Source: Akkermansia muciniphila
GTDB lineage: Bacteria > Verrucomicrobiota > Verrucomicrobiia > Limisphaerales > UBA9464
Length of the DNA: 64,000 nt
Direction of reading: 5' to 3'
NCBI GenBank assembly: GCA_945898055.1
Contig: CAMDGV010000012.1
Span: 4,871-68,870 of the forward strand
In this document: positions 26,583 through 35,787 of the stretch, one piece after another
How positions within the stretch are numbered: the stretch's first letter is position 1
Layout: every line of letters starts with the position of its first letter
The notes under the pieces: generated by a model
The model's database searches: none
Seen by the model: the letters and a program-made list of their open reading frames with translations, nothing else
Told to the model about the DNA's origin: nothing
Translations under genes and position numbers: made by a program

Positions 26583-28456
26583 GATGGAGTTAATACTTGG
26601 CTGAGATCTAGCAGAGGGGCAGAGGGCAGATAAATAGCGAAACGACTCCCTTGTTCGAGAGTGCTTTGCACCTCGATACGGCCACGGTGGGCATCGACAA
26701 TTGCTTTGACGAGATGCAGGCCTAAGCCGACACCGTTAGTTTTGTAACCCGAATTTTCGGCGCGGTAGAATTTTTCAAAGAGTCGGTCTTTATGTTCTAG
26801 GTCGAAGCCCGATCCATTGTCCACCACTGCAAAGCAGACTTCTTTGTCCGTGTTAGTCACAGAAAGGTAAATTTTTTTGTCTGTTCCAGTGTATTTATAG
26901 GCATTTTCCAGTAAATTTATCAGGGCAGTGGTGAGAGCTGAGACGTCGGCTTGGATCTGTGGTAATCCGCACGTTACCTCGCTCCTAAAATCGCAACTAG
27001 ACGGTGTAAATCGGCTCATGAAAGCGGCCGTAGCCGCTTCGACAATTTCTTCAGGCGCAATCAAGTGAAACTCGTAGTTCATTCGACCACTTTCGAGTCG
27101 GGAAAAGGTGAGGAAGTCGTCGACTAAGCGACTAAGACGGAGGTTTTCTCGAGCGATGATCTCCAAGTATTGCTGAGTACGTTCCGGTTCCCGTTGAGGA
27201 TCCTCGGCTAAGGAGTCAACCAGCATTCGAATCGAAGTGAGTGGCGTGCGGAGTTCGTGGGTGACTGTTGAAAGGAAGTCGTGACGAAGTTGGGTCAGCT
27301 GGGCTTGCTGTATAAAGCGTCGAATGGCAAGGGCAGCGAGCACTGCACCGAGAGCAACGGCGCAGAACGCGGTGGTCCAATGGAGGCGACTTTGTTGTTG
27401 GATGGACCGTGCGAGATCGAGGGGCACTTGGGAAGGTGGCAGATAAAGTTCCCAACCTGGCCAAACGACACCGATGGCAGCGTGGGTTCCGCCCAAAAAT
27501 GCCCGGTCAGTTCTTGCAACTTGAGTTCGCCGAAGTTGAACCTGATAGTGCTGAGATTTGAAGGTAGAGTTGACTTCTTTTTCGAGGTCATCGCGGAGAG
27601 GTGCCTCGTGAAATAAGGAGAGAATTGGCCCACCGGGGGCGAGAATTTGCCAGATCGGAGCCGTGGTCCCCGATCGCTCGAGGCAATTTGTGGAAATGGG
27701 GGGATGGAAATGGCACGCGACGTCGATGGCCATTCTTTCCGCAGCTAATGAGGGTAAGTCTCCCTTGGCGCCGAGGGTTTGAATTTGTTGCCAGAGAAAA
27801 AGCCTCTGGCTAGCCGGAAGCAACGGACTGGAGTAGTTATGAACCCGAAGGTTTAGGGCTTCGAGTAGTGGCAAGAACTGGGGGTGATTTTGAGGAAGCA
27901 GGCTGATGGCAGCTAACTGAACTCCCGGGAGGAAGAGTCTCCCTGATTGGGAGCGTGCCCCTTCCAAGTTTCGAGCGGCTAGGTCGCCTGCTAATTCGAG
28001 ATAAGCCAAGGCGAGTTCGTTCGTGATCGTTTTTTTATGAAAGAGGCTCACTAATTCATCGGCTGCTTTATCCGCTGAGGTTGAGTCGTCAGGTGGCGAG
28101 CTAGGAGCTGGGTAGACTGGACGGTTTCGAGGGTCGAGAATTAGGAGGCTATCAGACTTGGAGTCACGGAGGCGTCGATGGAAAAGTTCGCTGGCAGCCA
28201 TTAAGTTGAGAGGTCCGACCGTTTGGCGTGCCCGCGTTTGAATACTTTGAGCCACCCCGAGCGCGGCGGTTTCAAGCTGAAATTGGTGTAACGCGGCAAG
28301 ATCAGAGCCTAAGGTTCGGGACTCACCCTCGAGAACCTGTTGGGTGGACCAAAGAAGGGTCAGCGCTGGGACCGCTACAGCGAACGTCAGGGCCAGTAGG
28401 GTGAGAATGAGTTCACTCCTAGGCTGAAGGCGAAATGAGAAACGTCGCTTTGACAT
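26579..28456 (-). CDS. Sensor histidine kinase with a large periplasmic domain
   Basis: Two TM segments flank a domain of about 330 aa. H-box FLSTVTHELRTPLTSI, N-box NLLENAYKYT, and G-boxes DNGSGF and GVGLGL. It overlaps the response regulator gene by 4 nt. Confidence 0.9.
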   Translation of the reverse strand: MSKRRFSFRLQPRSELILTLLALTFAVAVPALTLLWSTQQVLEGESRTLGSDLAALHQFQLETAALGVAQSIQTRARQTVGPLNLMAASELFHRRLRDSKSDSLLILDPRNRPVYPAPSSPPDDSTSADKAADELVSLFHKKTITNELALAYLELAGDLAARNLEGARSQSGRLFLPGVQLAAISLLPQNHPQFLPLLEALNLRVHNYSSPLLPASQRLFLWQQIQTLGAKGDLPSLAAERMAIDVACHFHPPISTNCLERSGTTAPIWQILAPGGPILSLFHEAPLRDDLEKEVNSTFKSQHYQVQLRRTQVARTDRAFLGGTHAAIGVVWPGWELYLPPSQVPLDLARSIQQQSRLHWTTAFCAVALGAVLAALAIRRFIQQAQLTQLRHDFLSTVTHELRTPLTSIRMLVDSLAEDPQREPERTQQYLEIIARENLRLSRLVDDFLTFSRLESGRMNYEFHLIAPEEIVEAATAAFMSRFTPSSCDFRSEVTCGLPQIQADVSALTTALINLLENAYKYTGTDKKIYLSVTNTDKEVCFAVVDNGSGFDLEHKDRLFEKFYRAENSGYKTNGVGLGLHLVKAIVDAHRGRIEVQSTLEQGSRFAIYLPSAPLLDLSQVLTPS

Positions 28457-28479
28457 AGTCCAATGGCTTCAGGGCGGAC

Positions 28480-29760
28480 CTAGAGCGAGTAAGGCTGTAG
28501 CCATTTGCGGCCCCGTTCGATCTTCTCCGATTTAAGGGCCGTAGCGGCCGCTTGAAAGTCAGATTTCCATTGGTCTAATCGCACAGAAGCGGGTCCTTTA
28601 CGGACCCGTTGCCTCAGCGTTTCCACCTGCTGAATTGCTTTAAGAATAGAGTCCACGGGCGAGGGTTCCCCGCCTGGGTCATCGAGGTTGTTTTGGGCTA
28701 GTTCGATCCAGCTTAGCGAGGCGACCAGTTCTGGAAGGAGTGACTCTGGAAAATCATTCAAACCGGGCACATGGAGCGTGTAGGCCCCATAAGTGCGGTC
28801 GAGGACCCGGTTGGCTTGTCGAAGAAAGCTGCGAGCTTCAGAGAACTGCCTGGCACGGGCGAATCGGTTGACTGAGGTGAAAGTCTCTTGCAGTAAACGG
28901 GTGTAGTCCCGTGTCAAGGAGTTGGCGCCCAGTTCTGTGACCACGGTGACAAAGGTCAGGAGTCGACTTGTTTCAGCCAAAGCGAGGTCCGCATCTTTGT
29001 GGTTCAGAGCCAAAGCCACTGCGTCTCGACGAGCGGTGGTCCAAGCGTTGACATCGTCTGTTTCAAACTGGTTAGTTCGGCTTTTCAGAGCGGAAAGATC
29101 CGCGTTTGAATCCCATTTTAATTTTGCCGGTGCCCAGTGCCCGCTTTGGATTAGATCGGTAATTAACTCGAGATTTTTCGTTTGTTGCTCCCGAAGTTGC
29201 CGATCGGTGGCCGTATCAAATTGGCTTAAAAGTAGTCCGAAGGACTCCTGCATTTCCTTGATGATTTCTAGGGCACTTTCTTTTTCTGTGTGTTCAAGTG
29301 CTCCGTCTAAAGAGAGAGCCAGATCTCCCAGATAGGAGGCTTCATCTTGGTACCAAGTTCGGTCTGACGGTCGCGCATCAGGCGAGATGAGGAGAAGATT
29401 TTCAGCAGCTCGGTTGGCGAACGGTTCGGCATGAGGATACTCTCGAATTACTCGTAAGAACAGAGTCACGGCGTGAGTTGAATGCCCCTTGAATAGAAAG
29501 CAGACTCCCAAGCGATGAGTGGTCTCGGCACGCACTCTTTCACCTAGATCCGGTTTCTCCAGAACGTGTTGGTAGATTCGGATCGCTCCGTTTAAATCTC
29601 CAAGGATCTCTTCACGCCAAGCACCTGACTCCAATTGAAGGTTTACCGCAGTTGAAAGTAGGGATTGAGCCGATTGAGCCGATTGAGCCGTTTCAACTGC
29701 GCTCAAATGAGCCGCGGCACTAAGGCTCGCAATAGTTACAGTTAATTGGGGAAATTTCAT
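28480..29760 (-). CDS. Secreted all-helical (TPR-like) protein upstream of the two-component genes
   Basis: Signal peptide MKFPQLTVTIASLSAAAHLSA followed by a helical, repeat-like sequence. It sits 23 nt upstream of the kinase gene. I recognised no family. Confidence 0.55.
   Translation of the reverse strand: MKFPQLTVTIASLSAAAHLSAVETAQSAQSAQSLLSTAVNLQLESGAWREEILGDLNGAIRIYQHVLEKPDLGERVRAETTHRLGVCFLFKGHSTHAVTLFLRVIREYPHAEPFANRAAENLLLISPDARPSDRTWYQDEASYLGDLALSLDGALEHTEKESALEIIKEMQESFGLLLSQFDTATDRQLREQQTKNLELITDLIQSGHWAPAKLKWDSNADLSALKSRTNQFETDDVNAWTTARRDAVALALNHKDADLALAETSRLLTFVTVVTELGANSLTRDYTRLLQETFTSVNRFARARQFSEARSFLRQANRVLDRTYGAYTLHVPGLNDFPESLLPELVASLSWIELAQNNLDDPGGEPSPVDSILKAIQQVETLRQRVRKGPASVRLDQWKSDFQAAATALKSEKIERGRKWLQPYSL
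29663..29689. repeat. 3 x 9-bp perfect tandem repeat (gattgagcc), encoding (AQS)x3
   Basis: Read directly. It is flanked by a perfect 9-bp inverted repeat: cagttgaaa (29649-29657) and tttcaactg (29691-29699). Confidence 0.9.
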
Positions 29761-29997
29761 GTCTCGATTTTGACTTTAAAGTCCCGATGTTACGGATGTA
29801 TGACGGTAAGACAGAATTAGAAGAGAGGTGAGCCTTGTCGTGGTCGACGTTGAAGGGTGGGCTTGGTGAGAAAGTAAGGCTGGAATCCGTTCGGTAATTT
29901 TAAGATCGCCTGAGCTTACTGCCGATCAACCAAAGCCGGTGAGCCGTCCAGTGCCAGCGGTACGGCTGAGATTAACCTCGGGTTTTACCCGTTGGCA

Positions 29998-31071
29998 TTA
30001 CGGGCGTAACATCTGGATGCGATGGTTCTCGCTATCACCAATGTACAAAGTTCCATCTCGGTCCACTAAGATTCCATGAGGGCGGTTGAGTTCCGCTTTC
30101 ACAAGGGAGGTGGAACGATTGCCGAGCGGAGCACCGCCAACCACGGTTTCGATGGTCCCGTTTTTGGGATTGATGCGACGGATCGCGTGGTTCTCGGTGT
30201 CGGCGAGGTAGATATGTCCATTGAAACCTGCCGCGATCCCTTTGGGACCGTTCAGGGTGGATTCTCGTGCGGCGCCACCGTCTCCGGTAAACCCTTTTTT
30301 CCCGCTGCCGGCCTGATGCTCGATCCGGTCTTTGGCGAGATTTAATCGGAGCACTTGGTTACCTTCCCGCAGGACTAACCATAATTGACCCGTGGCGTCG
30401 AAATCGATTGAGCGCGGTCCATTCAATGGAGTGCCGACAATTGGAGATCCATCGGGTGTTGGTCCTGGTTTCCCCAGGCCAGCCACCGTGGAAATCCGAC
30501 CTGACTTGGTTTCGATCCGGCGCAAGACATGATTGCCAATGTCAGCGAGGTAGAGGTCTCCAGTTGGGCTGAATTGAATACTGATGACTTGGCGGAAAGT
30601 GGCTGAAGTGGCAGGCCCTCCGTCGCCGCTATAGCCGCTTTGGCCGGTTCCAGCGTAGGTGGTTAAAATGCCACTTTTGCGGTCTAACTTGCGGACGGCG
30701 TGGTTGCCGGTATCCGCGATAAAGAGATCTCCCTGCGCATCAAATCGGAGTTCATGCGGATTGTTGAGCCTTGCCGCCGTGGGAGGGCCTCCATCACCAC
30801 TGTATCCCGCTATTCCAGTGCCGACTTCCGTGCTGATTGTTCCGTTGGGAGCGATTCTGCGAATAAAATGTGAACCGTAATCGGCAAACCACAGAGAATT
30901 ATCGGGAGCCTTGGCTAAGCCGAAGGGGTTGTTGAGCTGAGCTGCTTTAGCTGGGCCACCATCGCCGCTATGACCGGAGATTCCGGTGCCAGCAATGGTG
31001 GTGAGGGTGGCACCGATGGAGACCTGAGCGCAGGCGAGGAGTGCGGCAATTGAGTGAGGCCAGTGTTTCAT
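29998..31071 (-). CDS. Secreted NHL-repeat beta-propeller protein
   Basis: Signal peptide followed by six repeats of the type GTGxxGxSGDGGPAxxAxLNxPxGLA...L(Y/F)IAD..NH.IRRI. Confidence 0.85.
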   Translation of the reverse strand: MKHWPHSIAALLACAQVSIGATLTTIAGTGISGHSGDGGPAKAAQLNNPFGLAKAPDNSLWFADYGSHFIRRIAPNGTISTEVGTGIAGYSGDGGPPTAARLNNPHELRFDAQGDLFIADTGNHAVRKLDRKSGILTTYAGTGQSGYSGDGGPATSATFRQVISIQFSPTGDLYLADIGNHVLRRIETKSGRISTVAGLGKPGPTPDGSPIVGTPLNGPRSIDFDATGQLWLVLREGNQVLRLNLAKDRIEHQAGSGKKGFTGDGGAARESTLNGPKGIAAGFNGHIYLADTENHAIRRINPKNGTIETVVGGAPLGNRSTSLVKAELNRPHGILVDRDGTLYIGDSENHRIQMLRP

Positions 31072-31136
31072 AAGAGGGAATGAAACGAAGACTCCTGTTT
31101 TCGTCGAGTTCTGTCGATCTTTGTGCGTCTATTCAT

Positions 31137-31844
31137 CTAACCGCCGAGGTAAGCACTTTGCACCTGAGGATTATTCCGAAGATCGGCAGATGTCCCGGCC
31201 AGAGTGACTCGCCCTGTCTCCAGCACATATCCGTAGTGGCTCATTTCAAGTGCGAGATTGGCGTTCTGTTCGACGAGTAGAATAGGGAGTCCTCGGTCGC
31301 GATTCAGTGCTACGAGACTCGCAAATATTTCTTTAATTAGCAGCGGTGCAATACCGAGGGAAGGTTCATCGAGCATTAGGAAGCGGGGGCGGCTGAGGAG
31401 GGCGCGCCCGATGGCTAGCATCTGTTGTTCTCCTCCAGAGAGGGTCCCGGCCAATTGTTTCTCTCGTTCCTTTAAACGAGGAAACATGCGAAAAACAAAC
31501 CCCATTTCGTTGGCTATCCAAGTAGAATCTCGCTGAAGATAAGCCCCCATCTGTAAGTTTTCCAAGACGGTTAGATTGGCAAAGACCATCCGCCCCTCGG
31601 GACTATGAGCGAGACCGAGTTTCACGATTTGGTGAGGGGCATATCCGGTGATGTCCCGTCCGTTGAAGCGAATGCGACCCGAGATTGGCTGGACCATTCC
31701 GGAGATAGCTCGGAGCGTCGTCGTTTTACCGGCTCCGTTGCCGCCGATCAAGGTGACAATGGATCCTTCAGCAACCTTGAGTGAGACGCCGTGCAGTGCA
31801 CGGATAGCATCGTAAGAAACGTGGATGTTCTCGATTTCAAGCAT
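31137..31844 (-). CDS. livF: Branched-chain amino acid ABC transporter ATP-binding protein (LivF type)
   Basis: MLEIENIHVSYD..., GGNGAGKTTTL, LSGGEQQMLAIGRAL, LMLDEPSLGIAP. The ATG at 31844 is preferred to 31952. Confidence 0.9.
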   Translation of the reverse strand: MLEIENIHVSYDAIRALHGVSLKVAEGSIVTLIGGNGAGKTTTLRAISGMVQPISGRIRFNGRDITGYAPHQIVKLGLAHSPEGRMVFANLTVLENLQMGAYLQRDSTWIANEMGFVFRMFPRLKEREKQLAGTLSGGEQQMLAIGRALLSRPRFLMLDEPSLGIAPLLIKEIFASLVALNRDRGLPILLVEQNANLALEMSHYGYVLETGRVTLAGTSADLRNNPQVQSAYLGG

Positions 31845-31857
31845 CTTTGGATTCGTT

Positions 31858-32625
31858 TTAATTATCGCCCAAATAGGCAGCGATGACCTTGGGATCTGCC
31901 CGAATTGCTGATGGAGTGCCCTCGGCGATTTTACGACCATATTCCAGGACATGAATACGCTCGCAGATACCCATCACCACTTTCATGTCGTGTTCCACTA
32001 AGAGAATCGCTAGGCCGAAGGTATCTCTGATGAAACGGATCAGGGTCATTAGCTCCGTTTTTTCGGATGGATTCATTCCAGCGGCAGGTTCATCGAGCAA
32101 GAGAAGTCGGGGTTTAGTGGCAAGTGCGCGAAGAATCTCTAATCGACGTTGATCTCCGTAGGACAAGCTTTTTGCTGGTTCATCTTGGACACGTTGCAGA
32201 TTAAAAAGGGTCAACAGTTCCAAGGTGCGGGCTTGAAGCTTAGCCTCTTCTTTCTGAAAGTTTGAACTGCGGATCAGTGATTGAAGCGAGTGATTCTGAA
32301 GATGCCGATGAAAGGCCACTCGGACATTGTCGTAGACCGTTAAACTGGGAAAGAGCCGAATATTCTGGAAGGTGCGAGCAATCCCGAGGTTGGTGATTTG
32401 GAACGGCTTTAATTTGGCAAGAGAACTCCCCGCTAAGTGGATCGACCCCTCGGTCGGTTGATAGACTCCGGTGACCAGATTAAACACCGTGGTCTTGCCA
32501 GCGCCGTTGGGGCCGATGAGGCCGACCAACTCTCCTTCGCGAACGGTTATCGACACGGAAGACACCGCAGTAAGGCCACCGAAGCGAATGGTGACATTGG
32601 ATAAGTCGAGAAGGGTGTCGGGCAT
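31858..32625 (-). CDS. livG: Branched-chain amino acid ABC transporter ATP-binding protein (LivG type)
   Basis: [39 protein letters not shown]. Confidence 0.9.
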   Translation of the reverse strand: MPDTLLDLSNVTIRFGGLTAVSSVSITVREGELVGLIGPNGAGKTTVFNLVTGVYQPTEGSIHLAGSSLAKLKPFQITNLGIARTFQNIRLFPSLTVYDNVRVAFHRHLQNHSLQSLIRSSNFQKEEAKLQARTLELLTLFNLQRVQDEPAKSLSYGDQRRLEILRALATKPRLLLLDEPAAGMNPSEKTELMTLIRFIRDTFGLAILLVEHDMKVVMGICERIHVLEYGRKIAEGTPSAIRADPKVIAAYLGDN

Positions 32626-32632
32626 CGTTAAA

Positions 32633-33574
32633 TTAGGTGGACTTCTTCCCCTTTAGTGGCCAGAAAAACAGCCCTTGAGGCCGAGTTAGCATGAGGATAA
32701 TCAACAGCAGTGAGTAGACGATCATCCGGTAGTCACCGAAAGAACGAAGGACTTCGGTGAGGGCAGTGAGAAGAACAGCAGCAACGATAACGCCACTATG
32801 CCGCCCCATACCGCCGAGAATTACCATGACCACGATTTCAATGCTTTTATCGAAAGAGAAGCCGCTAGGATTAAGGTAACCCTTGAGATGAGCATATAAG
32901 CCGCCAGCGACACCTGCAAAAAAGGAACCTACTACGAAAGCGGTGATCTTGTAATGGGTGGTATTGAGTCCCATAGCTTCGGAAGCTACTTCGTCGTCAG
33001 CGACTGCGACGAACCCCCGCCCAAAGGTTGAATTAAGGAGACTCCAGACGACGTAGACTGTCACTGTAGCCGATCCGAAGACCCAAAATAGGGAGGTGTG
33101 AGTGTGGATGCCTGTCAAACCGCGCGCTCCTCCCACTGCATCAAGATTTTGCAGGATAACTTTAATAATTTCTCCGAAACCGAGGGTTACGATAGCGAGA
33201 TAATCGCCTTTTAAGCGAAGAGACGGAGCCCCGACGGCAACCCCGACCAGTGCGGAAAGAAGTCCGCCTGCGATCAGAGACAGGGGGAAGACAACCCACT
33301 GAAGAAGTTCAGTTTGCCCCAATAATTTTGGAGCCAAAGTGGTGGTCAGCATCGCGGAGGTGTAAGCGCCGACCGCCATAAATCCGGCGTGACCGAGGGA
33401 AAATTGCCCTGTGAAGCCATTAATAAGATTCAAGCTGGAGGCCAGCACGATACTAATCCCTGCACCAAGAGCGACATCGAGGAGGTAAGCATCGATTCGA
33501 CCTGAAAAAGCCGAGATGAGAGCGGCTATTGCCAGTAGGGCGATGAGAAGACATTGGGATTTGGGTGGCACCAT
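32633..33574 (-). CDS. livM: Branched-chain amino acid ABC transporter permease (LivM type)
   Basis: Polytopic protein with [16 protein letters not shown], typical of LivM. Confidence 0.85.
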   Translation of the reverse strand: MVPPKSQCLLIALLAIAALISAFSGRIDAYLLDVALGAGISIVLASSLNLINGFTGQFSLGHAGFMAVGAYTSAMLTTTLAPKLLGQTELLQWVVFPLSLIAGGLLSALVGVAVGAPSLRLKGDYLAIVTLGFGEIIKVILQNLDAVGGARGLTGIHTHTSLFWVFGSATVTVYVVWSLLNSTFGRGFVAVADDEVASEAMGLNTTHYKITAFVVGSFFAGVAGGLYAHLKGYLNPSGFSFDKSIEIVVMVILGGMGRHSGVIVAAVLLTALTEVLRSFGDYRMIVYSLLLIILMLTRPQGLFFWPLKGKKST

Positions 33575-33585
33575 ACGGTTAAGAA

Positions 33586-34491
33586 TCAGACCTTTTCTAC
33601 TTTCAATTTCCCCAAGAGCCCCGCTGGTCGAAACAGGAGGATAGCGATGAGAATGGCGAAAGCGATGGCATCGCGAAAGGTGGAGAGACGCGTACCCGAA
33701 ACGAAAGTTTCGACCAACCCAATAAGTACCCCGCCGAGGGCGGCTCCGGGCAGGTTACCGATGCCCCCCAGCACTGCGGCCACAAAGGCTTTAAGGCCTG
33801 GCATGGTCCCCATAAGCGGATCGATGCTCGGGTAATTCATAGCGTAGAGGACGCCACCTGCACCGGCGAGCGAGGAACCGAGGGCAAAGGTGAAGGAGAT
33901 GATACGATCGTTGTTAATGCCTACCAAAGAGGCCGCTGTGGCATTGAATGAGAGAGCTCGCATGGCGGTACCCGTTCGAGTGCAGTGCACAATCCAATAT
34001 AAGATAGCCAGCAGTCCTAGCGTCACGATTGGCACAGCGAGTTGATTTGTTGAAAGGGTCAGGTCGCCAAACTGGAGTTGTTTAGAAGGAAACAGAGGAG
34101 GGAAAGCCTTCGGATTTGGGCCGAAGCCAAATTTTTGATTTTGGGCTAAGTTTTGGATGAGTAACGACACTCCGATGGCAGTAATGAGAACGGTGAGAGT
34201 CGAGCGATTGCGGAGGGGTTTGTAGGCTAGTTTTTCGATGAGCACCCCGAGCAGAGCGCAGACTGCCATCGCGAGAGTAAGCACGGTCATTCCGCCGAGA
34301 AAAGAGGGTTGTTGAAATTGAAACCGTTGGAGCGCGAACCAGCCGACATAGGAGCCGATCATGAAAACATCACTGTGGGCGAAGTTAATGAACCGAAGGA
34401 CTCCGTAGACCATAGTGTATCCGAGGGCGATCAGCGCATAAATAGAACCCAAAGAAATACCGTTAAGCAGTTGTTGCAAGAATTCGGTCAT
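33586..34491 (-). CDS. livH: Branched-chain amino acid ABC transporter permease (LivH type)
   Basis: MTEFLQQLLNGISLGSIYALIALGYTMVYGVLRFINFAHSD is a typical LivH N-terminus. The ATG at 34491 is preferred to 34530. Confidence 0.85.
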   Translation of the reverse strand: MTEFLQQLLNGISLGSIYALIALGYTMVYGVLRFINFAHSDVFMIGSYVGWFALQRFQFQQPSFLGGMTVLTLAMAVCALLGVLIEKLAYKPLRNRSTLTVLITAIGVSLLIQNLAQNQKFGFGPNPKAFPPLFPSKQLQFGDLTLSTNQLAVPIVTLGLLAILYWIVHCTRTGTAMRALSFNATAASLVGINNDRIISFTFALGSSLAGAGGVLYAMNYPSIDPLMGTMPGLKAFVAAVLGGIGNLPGAALGGVLIGLVETFVSGTRLSTFRDAIAFAILIAILLFRPAGLLGKLKVEKV

Positions 34492-34579
34492 GGAGAGCGA
34501 TGTTGTGCTACCTTTACGGATCAAAATCAAAGGGCTTCAGGCGTTCAAAGTCGAGTGCCGCTGCGGATAAGTAATCTTT

Positions 34580-35767
34580 TCAAGGTTCAATGAGGCTTAC
34601 AAATTGGAAGGAACCCGCTTTGACGCCAACGATCACCGCAGATTTTTGTGCATTGCGGTGTGAATCCATAGTAATAAGACCGGTTATCCCAGCAAAATCG
34701 TGGGTCACCGCTAATTCATCTCGGATAGCTTTAGGTTGAATTGATTTAGATCGACGCAAGGCGTCGGCAATCATTTGTAGGGTGTCGAAGGCTAAAGCTG
34801 AGACGCCAGTCGGGGGTTTACCAAAGCGCCGATGGAAACGATCGAGGAAATCTTGGGTTGCTGGGGTGGGGTTTTCTGTAGAGAAATGGACTGGAAAATA
34901 AGCACCATCAGCCGCGGGGCCTCCGACAGCGATGAGTTCTGGGGCCTCCCATCCGTCGCCTCCTAGCATTGGGAGTGTCAGACCAAGTTCCCTCGCCTGA
35001 CGCAGGATAAGTCCGCCGGAATGATAGTATCCAGGGGCAAAGATCGCTTCTACACCGATCGCCTTGAGAGCGGTTAATTGCGCTCTGAAATCTTTGTCGC
35101 CTCCGTTGTACCGCTGTTCGCCGATGACGAGTCCGCCCTCGGCGGTAAAACGATCTCGAAAGACATCCGCCAATCCGAGGCTATAGGGAGAAGTTGCGTC
35201 GAGGAGAAATCCCACTCGTTTTAAGGAAAGGTTTTTGCGAGCAAACTGGGCCATAATTTTGCCTTGAAAGGGATCGGCAAAACAGATTCGAAAGATAAAA
35301 TCCCCGATTTCAGTGACTTGAGGAAGAGTTGCTGCCGGAGATATCATCGGAATTCCGGCGGCTTGACACAGGGGGCCCGCTTCAAGGCATCGCCCTGAAT
35401 TGGCATCGCCGACAATCGCCACGACTTGATCCCGTGAAAGTAGTTTTTTTACGATCGTGGCAGATTCCCCGGCGAGAGAACGATTGTCTTCACGTCTCAA
35501 TTCTAAAGGACGTCCCCGCACTCCGCCCGAGGCATTGATCTCTTCTACTGCTAGGGTGGCCCCCATGTCAGTGTACTGGCCTAGACCCGCCGCGTTTCCA
35601 GTCAAGGCCCCAAAAAACCCGATGAGGATCGGCTCCAGTTTTGCGCTAGAATTTGGGACTTCTTGGCGGCACCCCATCAACCCGAAAGCTCCGATGAGGA
35701 GGGCGAAAAACAGGAGCGACGAAAAGATCGGCACGGTCAGCAGAGGCTCTCTCGGGTTAAGCGGCAT
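34580..35767 (-). CDS. Liv-type periplasmic substrate-binding lipoprotein (type I PBP)
   Basis: Lipobox-like FGLMGC, and the GFFGALTGNAAGLGQ...GVRGRPLEL pattern of LivK/LivJ-like binders. Confidence 0.8.
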   Translation of the reverse strand: MPLNPREPLLTVPIFSSLLFFALLIGAFGLMGCRQEVPNSSAKLEPILIGFFGALTGNAAGLGQYTDMGATLAVEEINASGGVRGRPLELRREDNRSLAGESATIVKKLLSRDQVVAIVGDANSGRCLEAGPLCQAAGIPMISPAATLPQVTEIGDFIFRICFADPFQGKIMAQFARKNLSLKRVGFLLDATSPYSLGLADVFRDRFTAEGGLVIGEQRYNGGDKDFRAQLTALKAIGVEAIFAPGYYHSGGLILRQARELGLTLPMLGGDGWEAPELIAVGGPAADGAYFPVHFSTENPTPATQDFLDRFHRRFGKPPTGVSALAFDTLQMIADALRRSKSIQPKAIRDELAVTHDFAGITGLITMDSHRNAQKSAVIVGVKAGSFQFVSLIEP

Positions 35768-35787
35768 CGTGGTAATCTGAGGTTAGT

